Assembly (NCBI GenBank): GCA_051941275.1
Contig: JAVEBF010000069.1
Location: 1-34,820 of the forward strand
Length of the DNA: 34,820 nucleotides
Direction: 5' to 3'
Origin: Dirinaria sp. TL-2023a
Lineage: Eukaryota
The position numbers and the translations under genes were made by a program. Shown here one piece after another: positions 1 through 11,764 of the stretch (its first letter is position 1; each line of letters opens with the position of its first letter). Below the pieces are notes generated by a model, which did no database searches, was not told where the DNA came from, and worked only from the letters and a program-made list of their open reading frames with translations.

Positions 1-601
1 CGACCGCTCCTGCTCGTACAATACTTATTAGCTACACCCCTGACACCCCTCGACCCAGCAATTGTGAGGTACTACTGATCGACCCCTGCAGGTACTGATG
101 GAGATTGCCAGCCTAAGGTGAATGAATACCTTGGCGAAAAACAGTAGTGTCCCAAAAGACGGTTGAGACGCTGGTAATGGTCGGTGGAATCGCCTCCACA
201 GGCCTTGTACGCAGCGCAATCAAGCTCTTGTACCTACAGTGCCGCCGAGGTAAAGTAAGGTAGGTAAGGTACAGGCTGCTTAAACGTAACGCACCCCTGG
301 GACTAAGGTATCTTATGCCGCCCAGACTCGCCTGTATTAGCTTAGCCGTAGGGAGCCAGTAGTACCGGCATTGCTATTTCCCAGTGTAATTCACCTCTTC
401 CCTTCAGTTCAATTCCTTTAAGAACACTATTCATCAGTTAATGACTGATCCATTTTCCTTCTGGCATTCAAATTATAGACCTACAGTTCTTAGAACGCTA
501 AGCAGCAGCCCACTTTGCTTTGTCGTCCTACCATACCTTTTCTTCCCCTTCCGCTTTTCCTGTGAAAGCTGCCTGGGTGTTTACGATCTCTATACACCGA
601 G

Positions 602-2010
602 ATGCCGTCTTTGACCTCCATGGCTGAGGCCACACTGGCACATGCAAAGAAGCTGGACGCCTACCTAGAGAGCAACAACATCTCGTATCCATCCTTCGAC
701 GAGGATACACTCGATCAGCTGCCTGACGAACTCCAGGATGACCGCTGGGCGCTCGCCAACTCCAGCAACGAGCTGAAGAAACTGGCCCGTGGAGCTGCGA
801 TGGGTACTATGGACACAGCTTTGAGTGTAGGTGCGCACCCTCTCGGCTTACCTCTGCTCCTTACATTTTGCGGGCTGTCACCTACTTCAGATGCCCGGCA
901 CTGAGTTCATCTCTTGATTGCCAGACTGCCTAGAAGCTGACGTCTGCATTGCTTCTGTTCTTCTTCCTGTAGTGGGTAGATGCTCTCGGTCTACGTATCG
1001 TCTACCACTATAAATTGGCTAACGCGGTTCCATTGGATGGCACCGCCTCGTACGCGGAGATCTCCGCCGCCTCAGGACTTAAAGAGAGCTTCTGCCAGCG
1101 CTTCATCCGCCTGGCAATGGGGACTAACGTCTTCGACGAGGACCCCGAGACCAAGCGCGTACGGCACACGGCTGCTTCGCGACAGCTGGCCACCGACCTG
1201 GGTCTTTGTGATGCCGTTGGGCTCGAGCTTGAAGACATCGCGCCCGCCTCAGCCAAGCTTATTGATGTGTGGAATAAGTACGGCCAGGATAGCAGCGAGC
1301 CGACCGAGGCTGCCTTTTCCTTGTACAATGAGACCGACAAAACAGTCTTTGCCGTGTTGGCGAGCCAGCCCGAGCGCGGTCGTCGCTTCGGCGGCGCCAT
1401 GCGCTTTTTCACCAAGGGTGACAGCTGGAACCTCCGCCACATGCTAGCTTCGTTTGACTGGCCCTCCGTCGACAAGCCGGGAGATGTTGTTGTCGACATC
1501 GGTGGCGGAAACGGTCAGATCAGCCAGTATCTCGCTCGCCATACCAGCAACACCCGCTTTATCATCCAGGACCTTCCACACGTCGTGTCTGAGGCGCCGG
1601 CGCAGCTGCCCGACGATCTCAAGAGCCGAATTGACTTCGTCGTCCACGACTTCTTCACACCGCAAACCATGGACCCGCCACCCGCAGCGTTCTTGCTCCG
1701 TTACATTCTACATAATTGGAGCGACAAATATTCTGTCAGCATTCTGCGCAACCTGGTTCCTGCTATGCGCAAGGGCTCCAAGGTGCTCATATACGAATAC
1801 GTGCTCGAAGACGGACCAGTCACAGAATTGACAGCCCGCTTTGGCTTCCAGATGGATGGCATTATGGCCACCTTTTTCAACGCGCAGGAGCGGACTGCCA
1901 GAGAATTTGAGCGCGTGCTCGCGGCGGCAGATAAACGCTACGTCGTAGAAGCTGTACGGCGGCCGAAGGGCAGCACCATGAGTATCGTAGAAGTGGGTTG
2001 GTCGGGCTAA
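602..2010 (+). CDS. Fungal secondary-metabolite O-methyltransferase (class II, OmtA/OmtB-like), about 420 aa; exons 602-826 and 973-2010
   Basis: GTAGGT...TAG intron 827-972 joins the two ORFs in frame (ALS|WVDALGLRIVYHYKLANAVP). N-terminus YLESNNISYPSFDED, SAM-binding motif VVDIGGGNG, IIQDLP, HDFFTPQ, catalytic-His motif ILHNWSD and C-terminal AQERT are all present. Confidence 0.93.
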
Positions 2011-2256
2011 ACGCGATGGCTATTGATGAGCTGTAGATCGTTGATATGTGATTCAACATGGTAGTTGGAAAGTGACCGCTCTGTCTCCACATCTTCTTGC
2101 AAAAGCTTTTCGGCTTTGACGCATCAGCTGTACTACACACATGAAACCCCCGTTAATTGACGGCTTTGGGGCACGGCACAGGGCCGCATGAAGTTGCCCT
2201 TGTTCATTGACATGAATTTAGAGATGCCTGAAACGCAATTTTTGCCGTTCCACTCG

Positions 2257-2290
2257 TTTTTCTTTTCTTTTCTTTTCTTTTCTTTTTTTT
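2257..2290. repeat. (TTTTC)n pyrimidine microsatellite between the OMT and PKS genes
   Basis: tttttcttttcttttcttttcttttctttttttt. Confidence 0.85.
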
Positions 2291-2710
2291 AGACTATCTC
2301 GCGATCGACAATGTGGGACCGCATTCATAACAGGAACAGTCTTGATCGTTGCCTTCATGTACTCGTACTCATACAGTACTCGTAACATAGGCGGCCCCAT
2401 CGGCCCGGTCAATGGCTCCTGTTACCGCGGAGCAATTCCCTCGTCTGGCATAAGGTAAAAGGTACCGTAATGCAAGGTAGGCACATGTAAGTACCTAAGT
2501 AAGCCTGCATGTCAAGTCATGCTCGCTTTTCGCTTAGACCGAGCCCGCGCATTCGCCTCTTTGCCTCTTGTCCGGTCTCTACCTCCAGTGGTTGGTTTGT
2601 TAATCGACTTGGTCAGCTTCTTTCCCGCTGTCTTCTTCAGACATTGGCCCTTTTCTAGGCTCGTCATCCCAAGCTTCCTAGGCGCTGACCCAGTACCGCA
2701 TTGCCCCGTG

Positions 2711-5700
2711 ATGTCGTCTGTCCAAGTGCTCTACTTCGGAGATCAGTCTGTCGAACCATACGACTCTATTACAGACCTGCTGAGAGAAACCCGAGCTTCG
2801 AATGTCCTGGCCCAGTTTCTGCAGTCCGCCTTCGAGCCCTTGCAGGCTGCAATCTCGGCTCTGCCGCCTGCCGAAAAGTCTCTTTTCCTTGGTAGAGACT
2901 TTGCCCAACTCGTCCAGCATGTACAAGCCAATGGGATCTGTCATGCCGCTGTTTCGACGGTACTCAGCTGCGTTACTCAGTTGGGTTGGACGGTAGTGTC
3001 AGAGAGCTTGCCCCAAAGCCTGGACCGGTCATAGTTAACAGACTGCCTCAGACACAGAGAGCGCCATCCGGAGCTGTGGAGTGAACACGTTGAACGCACC
3101 TTCGTGGGCGTATGTACTGGAACTCTTCCGGCAACCGCAGCAGCAGCCGCTTTGTCAGATAGTGACTTGCTGAGATTGGCCCCTGCCTTTGTGGGGCTGT
3201 CGCTTCGGCTCGGTCTCGAAGTATCCCGTCGAGCTCTGCCTTTCGAGAAATCACATGAATCCTGGTCAGTTGCTATTTCCGGCGTCTCTGTTGAGACAGT
3301 CAGGGAGGAGTCATGGCGATTCAATCAATCCAAGGTTTGTGGCCGGTCGACCAACGTCCGAAGCTTGTAGAGACTAATTATCTCGTAGAACACTCCCACG
3401 TACAAGCGAATATACGTAAGTGCATATTCGGCTTTATCAGTGACGCTCAGCGGGCCACCCTCTTGCATCCGAGATTTCCTTTCTTCAGAACCAATGCATT
3501 CAGCACGGAAACTCCCACTTCCCATTTATGGCTTGTTCCATGCCCCTCACTTGCTCTTGTCAGGACTTGGTGAGATCATTGGCTCATCGGAGCTTTTCGA
3601 CCGCCCTGTGAGAAATTGCGGATGTCTTCTTCGTCCAAAGTTGCAGAGCAACTCAGATGGTCCCCCTCTCAGGGAGCTACTCGAACGTGCTGTGAGCGAG
3701 ATCTTGCAAGCGCCTCTGGATATGGACGATGATGTTCAGCAGATTCTCAGGCGAACTCAAGGCCGTGATCTGCAACTGACATCCATTGGACCGGCTCGTA
3801 TGAGCCATCTACAACGTACCTTGAACCCTGCGAGTGTCCATCGATTGGGTGCGAGGAAGCTGCAGTCACAGGAGAGCCACGTCCGTTCCCCAGACTTTGG
3901 GAAATCGATTGCAATTGTAGGAATGGCGGGAAGATTTCCAGACGCCCAGAACGTGGAAGAGCTCTGGAACGTCCTGATCGAGAACCGAGACTTACATCGA
4001 ATCGTAAGTGGCCGCAGTTCTTGAGTACCTGAGCCGGAAATTGATTGTCTTGCCCAAGATACCTATTGATCGTTTTGATATCCGCACCCATGTGGATCCC
4101 ACGGGAAAAGTTAAGAACACCAGTTTGACTCCGTATGGATGTTTCGACGAACACGTCGGCGAGTTTGACACTTCCCTGTTCAAGATGTCACCAAGGGAGG
4201 CTGCTCAGACAGACCCAATGCAGCGAATGATGTTGCTTACTGCCTATGAAGCTTTGGAATCCGCCGGCTACTACGACAGCGGTGATCCGGAGGCTCGTCC
4301 AAGGAATGGAACATTCTACGGGGTTGCAGGCGACGATTACCGTCAAGTAAATTCTGGTCAAGACGTGAATGTCAACTACATCACTGGTGGCACTCGAGCA
4401 TTTGGGCCCGGACGAGTCAGTTATTACTTTGGCTGGGAAGGCCCAAGTATGAGCGTTGACACTGCTTGCTCCGCAAGTGCTGTAGCCATGCACCAAGCTA
4501 TTTCTAGTTTGAGGCTGGGAGAGTGCGATGTCGCATTAGCAGGAGGTGCCAATCTTTTGACTTGTTCAGACATGTTTGCTGGGTTGAGTCGTGCAAAGTT
4601 CGTCTGCTCGACCGGCCCTTCGAAGACATTCGACGAGACAGCCGACGGCTACTGTAGAGCGGACGCTACCGCCACGGTCGTTCTGAAGCGCTTCAACGAC
4701 TCTGCCAGGGACAAGGACAATATTCTCGGCGTAATTCATGCGATTGAAACCCACCACGCAGGGACGGCCATCTCGCTCACGCATCCGGAGGCGGACACGC
4801 AAACAGCGCTGTTTGAGAGCGTCCTCAGATCTGCGGGAATCAGCATTGATGACATTGACCACATTGAGCTACACGGTACTGGCACACAAGCTGGCGACTT
4901 GGCCGAGGCATCCTCTGTTGTCAGACTTCTCAAGGAGCCGCGACCCATCGACAGGCCCCTGACCATCAGCTCTGTCAAGCCCAATGTCGGCCATTCAGAA
5001 GCGGCTTCTGGAGTAACGTCCTTGATAAAAGGCCTGTTAATGCTGCAACACCGAACAATTCCTCGGCATATCGGAGTCAAGACCAGTCTTAACCCCAAAT
5101 TACCGCGTTTGGATGACTTCAACGTAGTGATTCCGCAGACGAACATGCCTTATGTAGCCTTGGGCAAGGACTCTCTACGAAGAATGCTCGTGAACAATTT
5201 CAACGCAACTGGAGGAATTACTGCGATGCTCTTGGAGGAATACCGCCCGCCTAAAGCCATCGCCAAAGATTTACGGCATCACTATCCAATGACGCTCTCT
5301 GCAGCCAGTGCGATGACCTTGTCTCATAGCCAGACTCGGCTCCTGGAGCACTTGAAGTCTACTGCGAATATAGAGCTTTCACATCTGTCTTACACTCTCT
5401 CGGCAAGACGGTTGCATCACAAGCACCGTTTTGCCTGTGTTGCATGCTCCACTGAAGAACTCATCCACAAGCTCCAGGCCGAGTTATCAACTTCGGAACT
5501 CGCTTTGAAGCGGAGCACATCGGCCTTTGGCGTGATGGTGTTTACTGGCCAAGCTTCATCCTACTCTGGTATGGCAAATGTTCTTTTCACGACTAATGAT
5601 GCTTTCCGAAGCCACGTTCTTCGCTCCGACGCTATCTGTCGAGAGATGGGACTGCCACCGTTCGTTCAGCTCATCACGGATATCGAGGCTGACATTTCTC

Positions 5701-8198
5701 GGTCTAACCCGACTCAGTGCCAGCTGGCCCTAGTTGCCCTCGAGGTAGCCCTTGCGTCTCTTCTCGAATCTTGGGGTATTCGGCCCAAAGCCGTTGTTGG
5801 TCATAGCCTAGGAGAATACAGTGCCCTCTGCGTTTCGCAAGTCCTGAGTCTCGCGGACACTCTTTACCTCGTCGGACAGCGGGGGTTGCTTCTCGAATCC
5901 ACATGCAAATACGAAGAATTTACAATGGCCATGGTGTCGTTACCGTCTTGCGAAGTGGAGAAGGCCTTACGCTTGTCACTATCCTCAGAATGCGAGATTG
6001 CCTGCCTTAATGCGCCTGATCAGACCGTGGTGAGTGGGCCTCGTATGGACATGGAGTCGTTGATAGCACAATTCCAAGCCAACAACGTCCGGGCCACCAG
6101 GCTCCGGACGCCATACGCATTTCACTCGAAGCAAATGGAGGCAATTTTGTCAAAATATGAACAAATCGCTGAGCCTATCTCTTTCAGGAAGCCTTCGGTG
6201 CCGCTGGTCTCGACTCTGCTTGGAGAGGTTATCCGAAAGGAAGGAACACTGAACCCTCAGTACCTATGTCGTCAAACCCGAGAGCCTGTTAGATTTCAGG
6301 ACGCACTGTACAAAATAGAAGGCCTAGTGGAAGACGAACAGATCCTTTTTTGGATAGAAGTTGGACCTGGCCCAACCTGCTTACCCATGATCGCTTCAAC
6401 CATCCGAGCGAGGCCAACCGATCTCGTGTGTGCTCTCGATCCGAGGAAGCCAAATTGGCTCACGATCAGCAACCTTGTCGCTGAATATTACAGTAGCAAC
6501 GGAGATGTCCGATGGAATGAATACCACAAAGAGTATCTAGACGCCTTGAACCTACTACAATTGCCTTCATATCCATTCGACTTGAAGAAATACTGGATTC
6601 AGTATGATGGAGATTGGGCCATCCGCAAGAACACGAAGGCATCCGACCAGTCGCAGGCGGCCCAGGCAGTTGCACAGACACTAGAAAGTTCTACTTTGCA
6701 CCGCTTGGACAGTTCATCCGTGGAGAAAGGAATCCGGAGGCTTCTTTTTACCTCCAATTTGGGCACTGGAGACTTGGGATCCATGTTGGGGCTTTACGAG
6801 GTCAATGGACAGCTCATGTGCCCCAGCTCCATTTATGTGGACATGGCGTTGACTGCTACTTCTTATCTTTACAAGAAGTGGGGCCACGGCTTGAACTCTC
6901 CAGCGATGGAAGTTTCGGCGTTGGAACTATGCTCGGGTTTAGACCTCTGTAGGGGACAGTCCATCAAAGTCGTCGCAACACAACGCCCGTCCGATACCAA
7001 CATCGTCGAAATTTCGATCTCATCCTCGAATCATGCTGCTGCTGCGGTTGAGCAGGTGCGGTGCAAGGTAATCACTGGCGATGGCGAAGATTGGGCATCC
7101 GATGCAAACAGCAACGCCTATTTGTACCAATCTCGCATGGACCTTCTCAACTTCTTCCTAACCAACGGCAAAGTGTCAAGACTTTCACAGTCGGAGGTTT
7201 ATCAGCGGTTTTCTAGTTTTGTTGGTTATGAGAAGAGTTTCCAGGGCATCCAAGAGGTATTGCTCAACCTGGAGAGTTCAGAAGCCGTAGCCAAAATCAG
7301 GCTGTCTTCGAACAAGGGTATGTTGATGTGTGATCCGCGTTGGCTCGACAATTTCACGCAGGTGGCAGACTTAATCGTCAATTATAGCACTGCCAAACCT
7401 AAGCTCACTTGCCGTGGCTGGAATAGAATGCACATTCTGCTCCCTTTGCAGCCCGATGCCATCTACCGAGTTCACGCGCGGATGCAGCCTTGCGGGCAGG
7501 CAAATTCCATGATCGGTGATATGCACGTCCTGGACGAAGCAGGTTGTGTGGCTGTTGTGATTAAGCACATCCGTTTCGAACCCGTGTCGGGCTCCAAGCT
7601 AAACGCAGCGCCAATCGAAATCCCCAATGGCGCAAATAAAACCCCATACGCCAGCAGTAGCCAGACCCCGAATTTCCCCAGGGTTAATGGAATATTCGAT
7701 AATAGGACCCAACCACCAAACATCTCTGAAGGCAACAGGAACGCCCATTATGCTCCTCCTGTTAATCACGCGAAGCCTTTTGCCATGGAGAAGGTACCCA
7801 ACGGCGTCAGTAGCGGCGTCTCAGAAGATCAGCGCTTGAACGAGCCCCTTCAGCCGAGCGCCGCCGTCAACGGCGACATACCTGACATGCCACCAATCTC
7901 TATCTCAGCTTCCCCCGATGCAGTGCCAGAGCAGCTGCGCAACGGGAAAGCTTCGAATGGCAGCAGCGGTAGAGCCGTCGATTTTAACGAAATACTAGCT
8001 GTCATGGCAGACGAGATTGGCGTCAGCTCCGATAGTCTGACCGACGATGTTCTGCTCGACGAGCTTGGCGTCGACTCTATCATTCAGATCTCGCTCATCG
8101 CGCGTATTCAAGATTATCTGGCTAAGCCTGTTTCCCCCAGCTTGCTCGTTGACTGCAACAGCATCGCCAAGCTTCGTTTCTTCTTTGCAACCCATTAG
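2711..8198 (+). CDS. Non-reducing iterative type I polyketide synthase, SAT-KS-AT-PT-ACP, about 1774 aa, with no TE, R or cMT domain; predicted exons 2711-2997, 3052-3334, 3389-4003, 4059-8198
   Basis: SAT: YFGDQS, GVCTG, FHAPHL. KS: IAIVGMAGRFP, DTACSAS, HGTGT, GHSEAASG. AT: GHSLGE, YAFHS. PT: VNGQLMCPSSIYVDMA and WLDNFTQ. ACP: LGVDSI, followed by the stop. Three GT-AG introns restore a continuous frame; the first donor (GTCAGA) is the least certain. Confidence 0.95.
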
Positions 8199-8568
8199 AT
8201 GAGCAACGGCCTTCGCCTTCTTTCTGTCACGGGCTGGAAAGCAGTTGTCAAGGAGCTGTAAAAACATTCTCTTCGCACTGGCGTGTTGCATGGGAGAGGG
8301 AATGACGCATTTCCCACTTTGAATCCCTCCTTTGTTTTCTATCTTGCCGTCTCCCAGCCTTATTGCAGCGTGCTGGAAGAGAATTAAAAGCCAAGATCAA
8401 AGAGCGTGACAAGGCCAAAACTATTGTCTCAGAAGTGAGTAAAAGATTGAGCTGACCGCCGAAAACCAGCTTGACAAAATTCGTACTGAGATCTGCTGCA
8501 ACGAGCTCTATCCAAAGCCGTGATGAGCGGGCGCTGTGATCGCTTCTCGAAACTCTCAAATCTGACCG

Positions 8569-8582
8569 GAGAGAGAGAGAGA
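8569..8582. repeat. Short (GA)n microsatellite
   Basis: gagagagagagaga. Confidence 0.7.
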
Positions 8583-9474
8583 AAGGATGTATTCCGTAGC
8601 TGCGGCAAATGGCATGATACTAGTTCAGCAAGCCGCGTCCGCACATGAATAACGCCGGATACTTCTCGCACGGATATATCTCTGAATGCCGATTCCCTAC
8701 TGTAGGGATGACCGTCTAGATTACAGCTTTACAGTAGTGCCTATCGGGTTTGCGAACCTCTTCTAAGGCCCCCAATCATACTTGCCGTCTTTGCACACCT
8801 TCCCAGCCAGCGAGCTTACGCGTCATCGCAGCTCAAAACCGTGGGGGGCAAGGATGTCTTTGAAAGGAAGTTTTTTTGTGTGTGTCCAGGTGTAGAAGTC
8901 GCAGTTGCTATCCTGCTTTGGTGGAGGGATGCGATAGCTACAATAGAAACAATGAGGAGCCGTAAATACCGTTAAATACAAAGAATCTTCTGGATGCTGC
9001 TTACCTTACTGCTTGAAGCAGTGGGAGATCATCGGCTCTTGATAGCATGACTGCTATATGTGTGTTCTTGGCTGAGGTTCTCCATCGTGCCACCGAATCA
9101 GGGGTTCGCAGGCAAAATCACCCCGCTTTCGGTCCGCATCGCACTTTGCAGGTTTGCGTGCATATCGGGGTTCAAAAACATACTTTACCTACTCGGAAAG
9201 TAAGAGATCTAAGGCAAGCCTTGGAGCTTAGATACCCAAGATACTTATTAGGAGAGATAGGCGACCTGCGTGATTGCCATCGGTAGTAGACAGTACCTAG
9301 GTACCACTTTACCATTCGAAAATAGCTTACGCTAGTAAGCTAAGGTCATAGATACGTTCCTCACGCAGCACCATTTTACCTGGGACCCTTTGATCTAATC
9401 ACGGGAAAATCTACAAGCGGACGAGGGAAAAGAAACGCTACCTGAGTCGCTTGCATGGACGGGGTACAGTAGCA

Positions 9475-11304
9475 ATGACTCGCGCCGCAGCCGTGGATTC
9501 GGACGACAACAACGCAGTGCTTCGGGCCCTTGTCTCCAGGTACACAGGCGCAAACGGAGCGAAACTTCCTCACGATGCGCTATTTGCGGACGTAGGGCTC
9601 GATTCGATCGCGGCGGTGCAATTCGCCGGCGAGCTGCTCGCCATTTTCGGGTGCGAGATACACTCGGACGAGCTCTTTGAGATCTCGTTTGGGACTCTTG
9701 GAGAGTATCTTCAAGGACTGAGACCTAGTGCAGCAGCACCAGCACCAGCAGCTGTAGTCGGATCGTCTTCCAAGTCGCACACTGCGAATACCCCATCACC
9801 GCCTGTGGATCGAGGCCTGGTGCAGCAGTGCCACGGAGCTAGATCTGCGCACCTCTTGCAGGTGCTCTCAGGCGTGTCTGGCGTTTCAATTGAACAGGTC
9901 ACAGCCAACCAAACCTTGGGCGAGCTTGGGATCGATTCTTTCTTGTTTGTAGAGCTACAGCATCAGCTGGAAGAATTCTACCGTGTGCAGGTGAAGAACA
10001 AGCAGCTGGATCTCGACTGGACCGTGCAGGACTTGATCGATTTCGCTCGCATCGCCGAAGTAGACCTGCCGCACGCATCTCCAAACAATCGAGCAATCCA
10101 GAAGGATGCGGCGATATCAAGTTCCGTTTCAGAGCCGCAGCCACAAGGTGAACGTCTGCCGAACCCGTTCATAGCTCTTGCGCATTCCGACTCTCGATTC
10201 GAAAATGCAGCAAGAAAACGCCGGTTCGATAGCTACTGGGACAATGTTGCGCCTCTTCAGAATGATCTTGTGCTGGCATACATCATTGAAGCCTTCCGTT
10301 TCCTCGGAGTAGACTTGTCTGAATACCCACATGGAACCGAGATTCCTCTGGTCGAGCACATCCCAAGGTACGAACGCCTCATGCAGAGGCTGTTGGACAT
10401 CCTCGAGAGCCGCTACATTATCATACAGCGCGCCGGCAAGGTTCTTAGAGGCAGCGATAGGATCGACGTCACCACGTCCTCACAGCTCTGCCAGACCCTA
10501 CGGTCACAGCATCCTCAATTTGAATGTGAAGCTAATCTTATGGCCCTAATTGGACCTAAGGTCGCTGACTGCATCAGCGGCAAAATCAATCCAGTAACAG
10601 TCCTCTTTGGCAGCGCGGCATCACTGAATGTCATGGAAGACTTTTACGCAAGTGCACCCATGATGTCCGCGTCTACAGATCAGCTTATCGGATTTCTCAT
10701 CGCCATTCTGCGCTCCGCAGACTACAGCCGGGAGCATCCAATCCGCATCCTTGAGGTGGGCGCCGGGACAGGGGGAACGACTGCCCGACTAGCGGAGATG
10801 CTGGCGGCGGCCGGTATCGAGGTAGATTATGCATTCACCGACGTCGGCACGGCCTTCGTGACCAAAGCTAAAGCTAGATTTGGAAATCGTTACCCGTGGA
10901 TGAGATTCGAGGTGCTAAATCTGGAGCACGACATGCCGGCTGGGCTCCGGGGCCAGTACGACATCACGCTGGGCGCCAATGTTGTGCACGCAACATCTGA
11001 TCGGATCGCGACTTGCCGCCGTCTGCGCGAGACGCTGCGGCCTGACGGATTTATAGTCCTGTCCGAGGTCACTCACGTAATCGATTGGTACGACATCTGC
11101 TTCGGTCTGCTCGAGGGCTGGTGGCTCTCAGATGGCGGCAAAGGTTACCCCATTCAGCACGCCCACACGTGGATGGACACATTCGACCGCGCCGGATTTA
11201 GCAGCATGAGCTTCTCGACAGGGCCGACTGAGGAAGCTAATAGTCAGCAGCTGCTTGTCGCTTCCAACAAAACGTGGAACATGCCGAATTCCACCGTGAC
11301 TTGA
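9475..11304 (+). CDS. Stand-alone ACP-ACP-C-methyltransferase (PKS cMT-type) tridomain protein, about 609 aa, intronless
   Basis: ACP1 FADVGLDSIAAVQF (Ser codon 9604-9606), Ala/Pro/Ser linker, ACP2 LGELGIDSFLFVEL (Ser codon 9937-9939). cMT motifs ILEVGAGTGGTT, YAFTDVG, GANVVHAT, VLSEVT, FGLLEGWW. The first ATG is at 9475 and there is an in-frame stop upstream at 9391-9393. Confidence 0.9.
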   Translation: MTRAAAVDSDDNNAVLRALVSRYTGANGAKLPHDALFADVGLDSIAAVQFAGELLAIFGCEIHSDELFEISFGTLGEYLQGLRPSAAAPAPAAVVGSSSKSHTANTPSPPVDRGLVQQCHGARSAHLLQVLSGVSGVSIEQVTANQTLGELGIDSFLFVELQHQLEEFYRVQVKNKQLDLDWTVQDLIDFARIAEVDLPHASPNNRAIQKDAAISSSVSEPQPQGERLPNPFIALAHSDSRFENAARKRRFDSYWDNVAPLQNDLVLAYIIEAFRFLGVDLSEYPHGTEIPLVEHIPRYERLMQRLLDILESRYIIIQRAGKVLRGSDRIDVTTSSQLCQTLRSQHPQFECEANLMALIGPKVADCISGKINPVTVLFGSAASLNVMEDFYASAPMMSASTDQLIGFLIAILRSADYSREHPIRILEVGAGTGGTTARLAEMLAAAGIEVDYAFTDVGTAFVTKAKARFGNRYPWMRFEVLNLEHDMPAGLRGQYDITLGANVVHATSDRIATCRRLRETLRPDGFIVLSEVTHVIDWYDICFGLLEGWWLSDGGKGYPIQHAHTWMDTFDRAGFSSMSFSTGPTEEANSQQLLVASNKTWNMPNSTVT

Positions 11305-11764
11305 GTGCTGGTCACAGACAGTTGGAAGCATTGCGTGCAAAAGGAGCTTTTGGTAAGACAGTACAGTAGGTAGTCGACAGAAATACCGGCCCCCTCGGAT
11401 GACAATCAGCCACGGAACGGAGAAGGAGCCCTTCGCCCATGTGAAATGCGTAGAGTCAGCGCTTCTAGCCGAGTGCAAATACACTGCAGCATCGATTCTC
11501 GTTCCTTCTCTTCTTGATTCTATGCCACCAATTTGGGCTCGCCGTTCATAAAGTAAGGTAGCTGGCAGCTCTGGTGTAGCCCTTACCTGATTGGAGCTAG
11601 ACTACGCGGCTATTGCGCCTTGCGCGTCAAATGCAATGACGTATATGATTGGTGGTTACGCAGCTCGATTTCAAGTTGATAAAGAATTCGGGAAAGGTAA
11701 AGTCATTCAGTCTAGAGCGTCTCATGATCCGGTAAAGCTATTCGGAGGCAGCTCAACTCACGAA

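Noticed and set aside
8199..8261. In-frame mini-ORF (MSNGLRLLSVTGWKAVVKEL) immediately after the PKS stop, considered as readthrough into a lost TE domain
   Set aside because: It ends after 20 codons, shows no TE or linker similarity I can recognise, and no convincing splice donor links it to the next gene.
11591..11764. 58-codon upstream extension of the FMP25 ORF
   Set aside because: The mitochondrial-presequence-like segment begins at ATG 11765; the extension starts at TTG and has no recognisable features.
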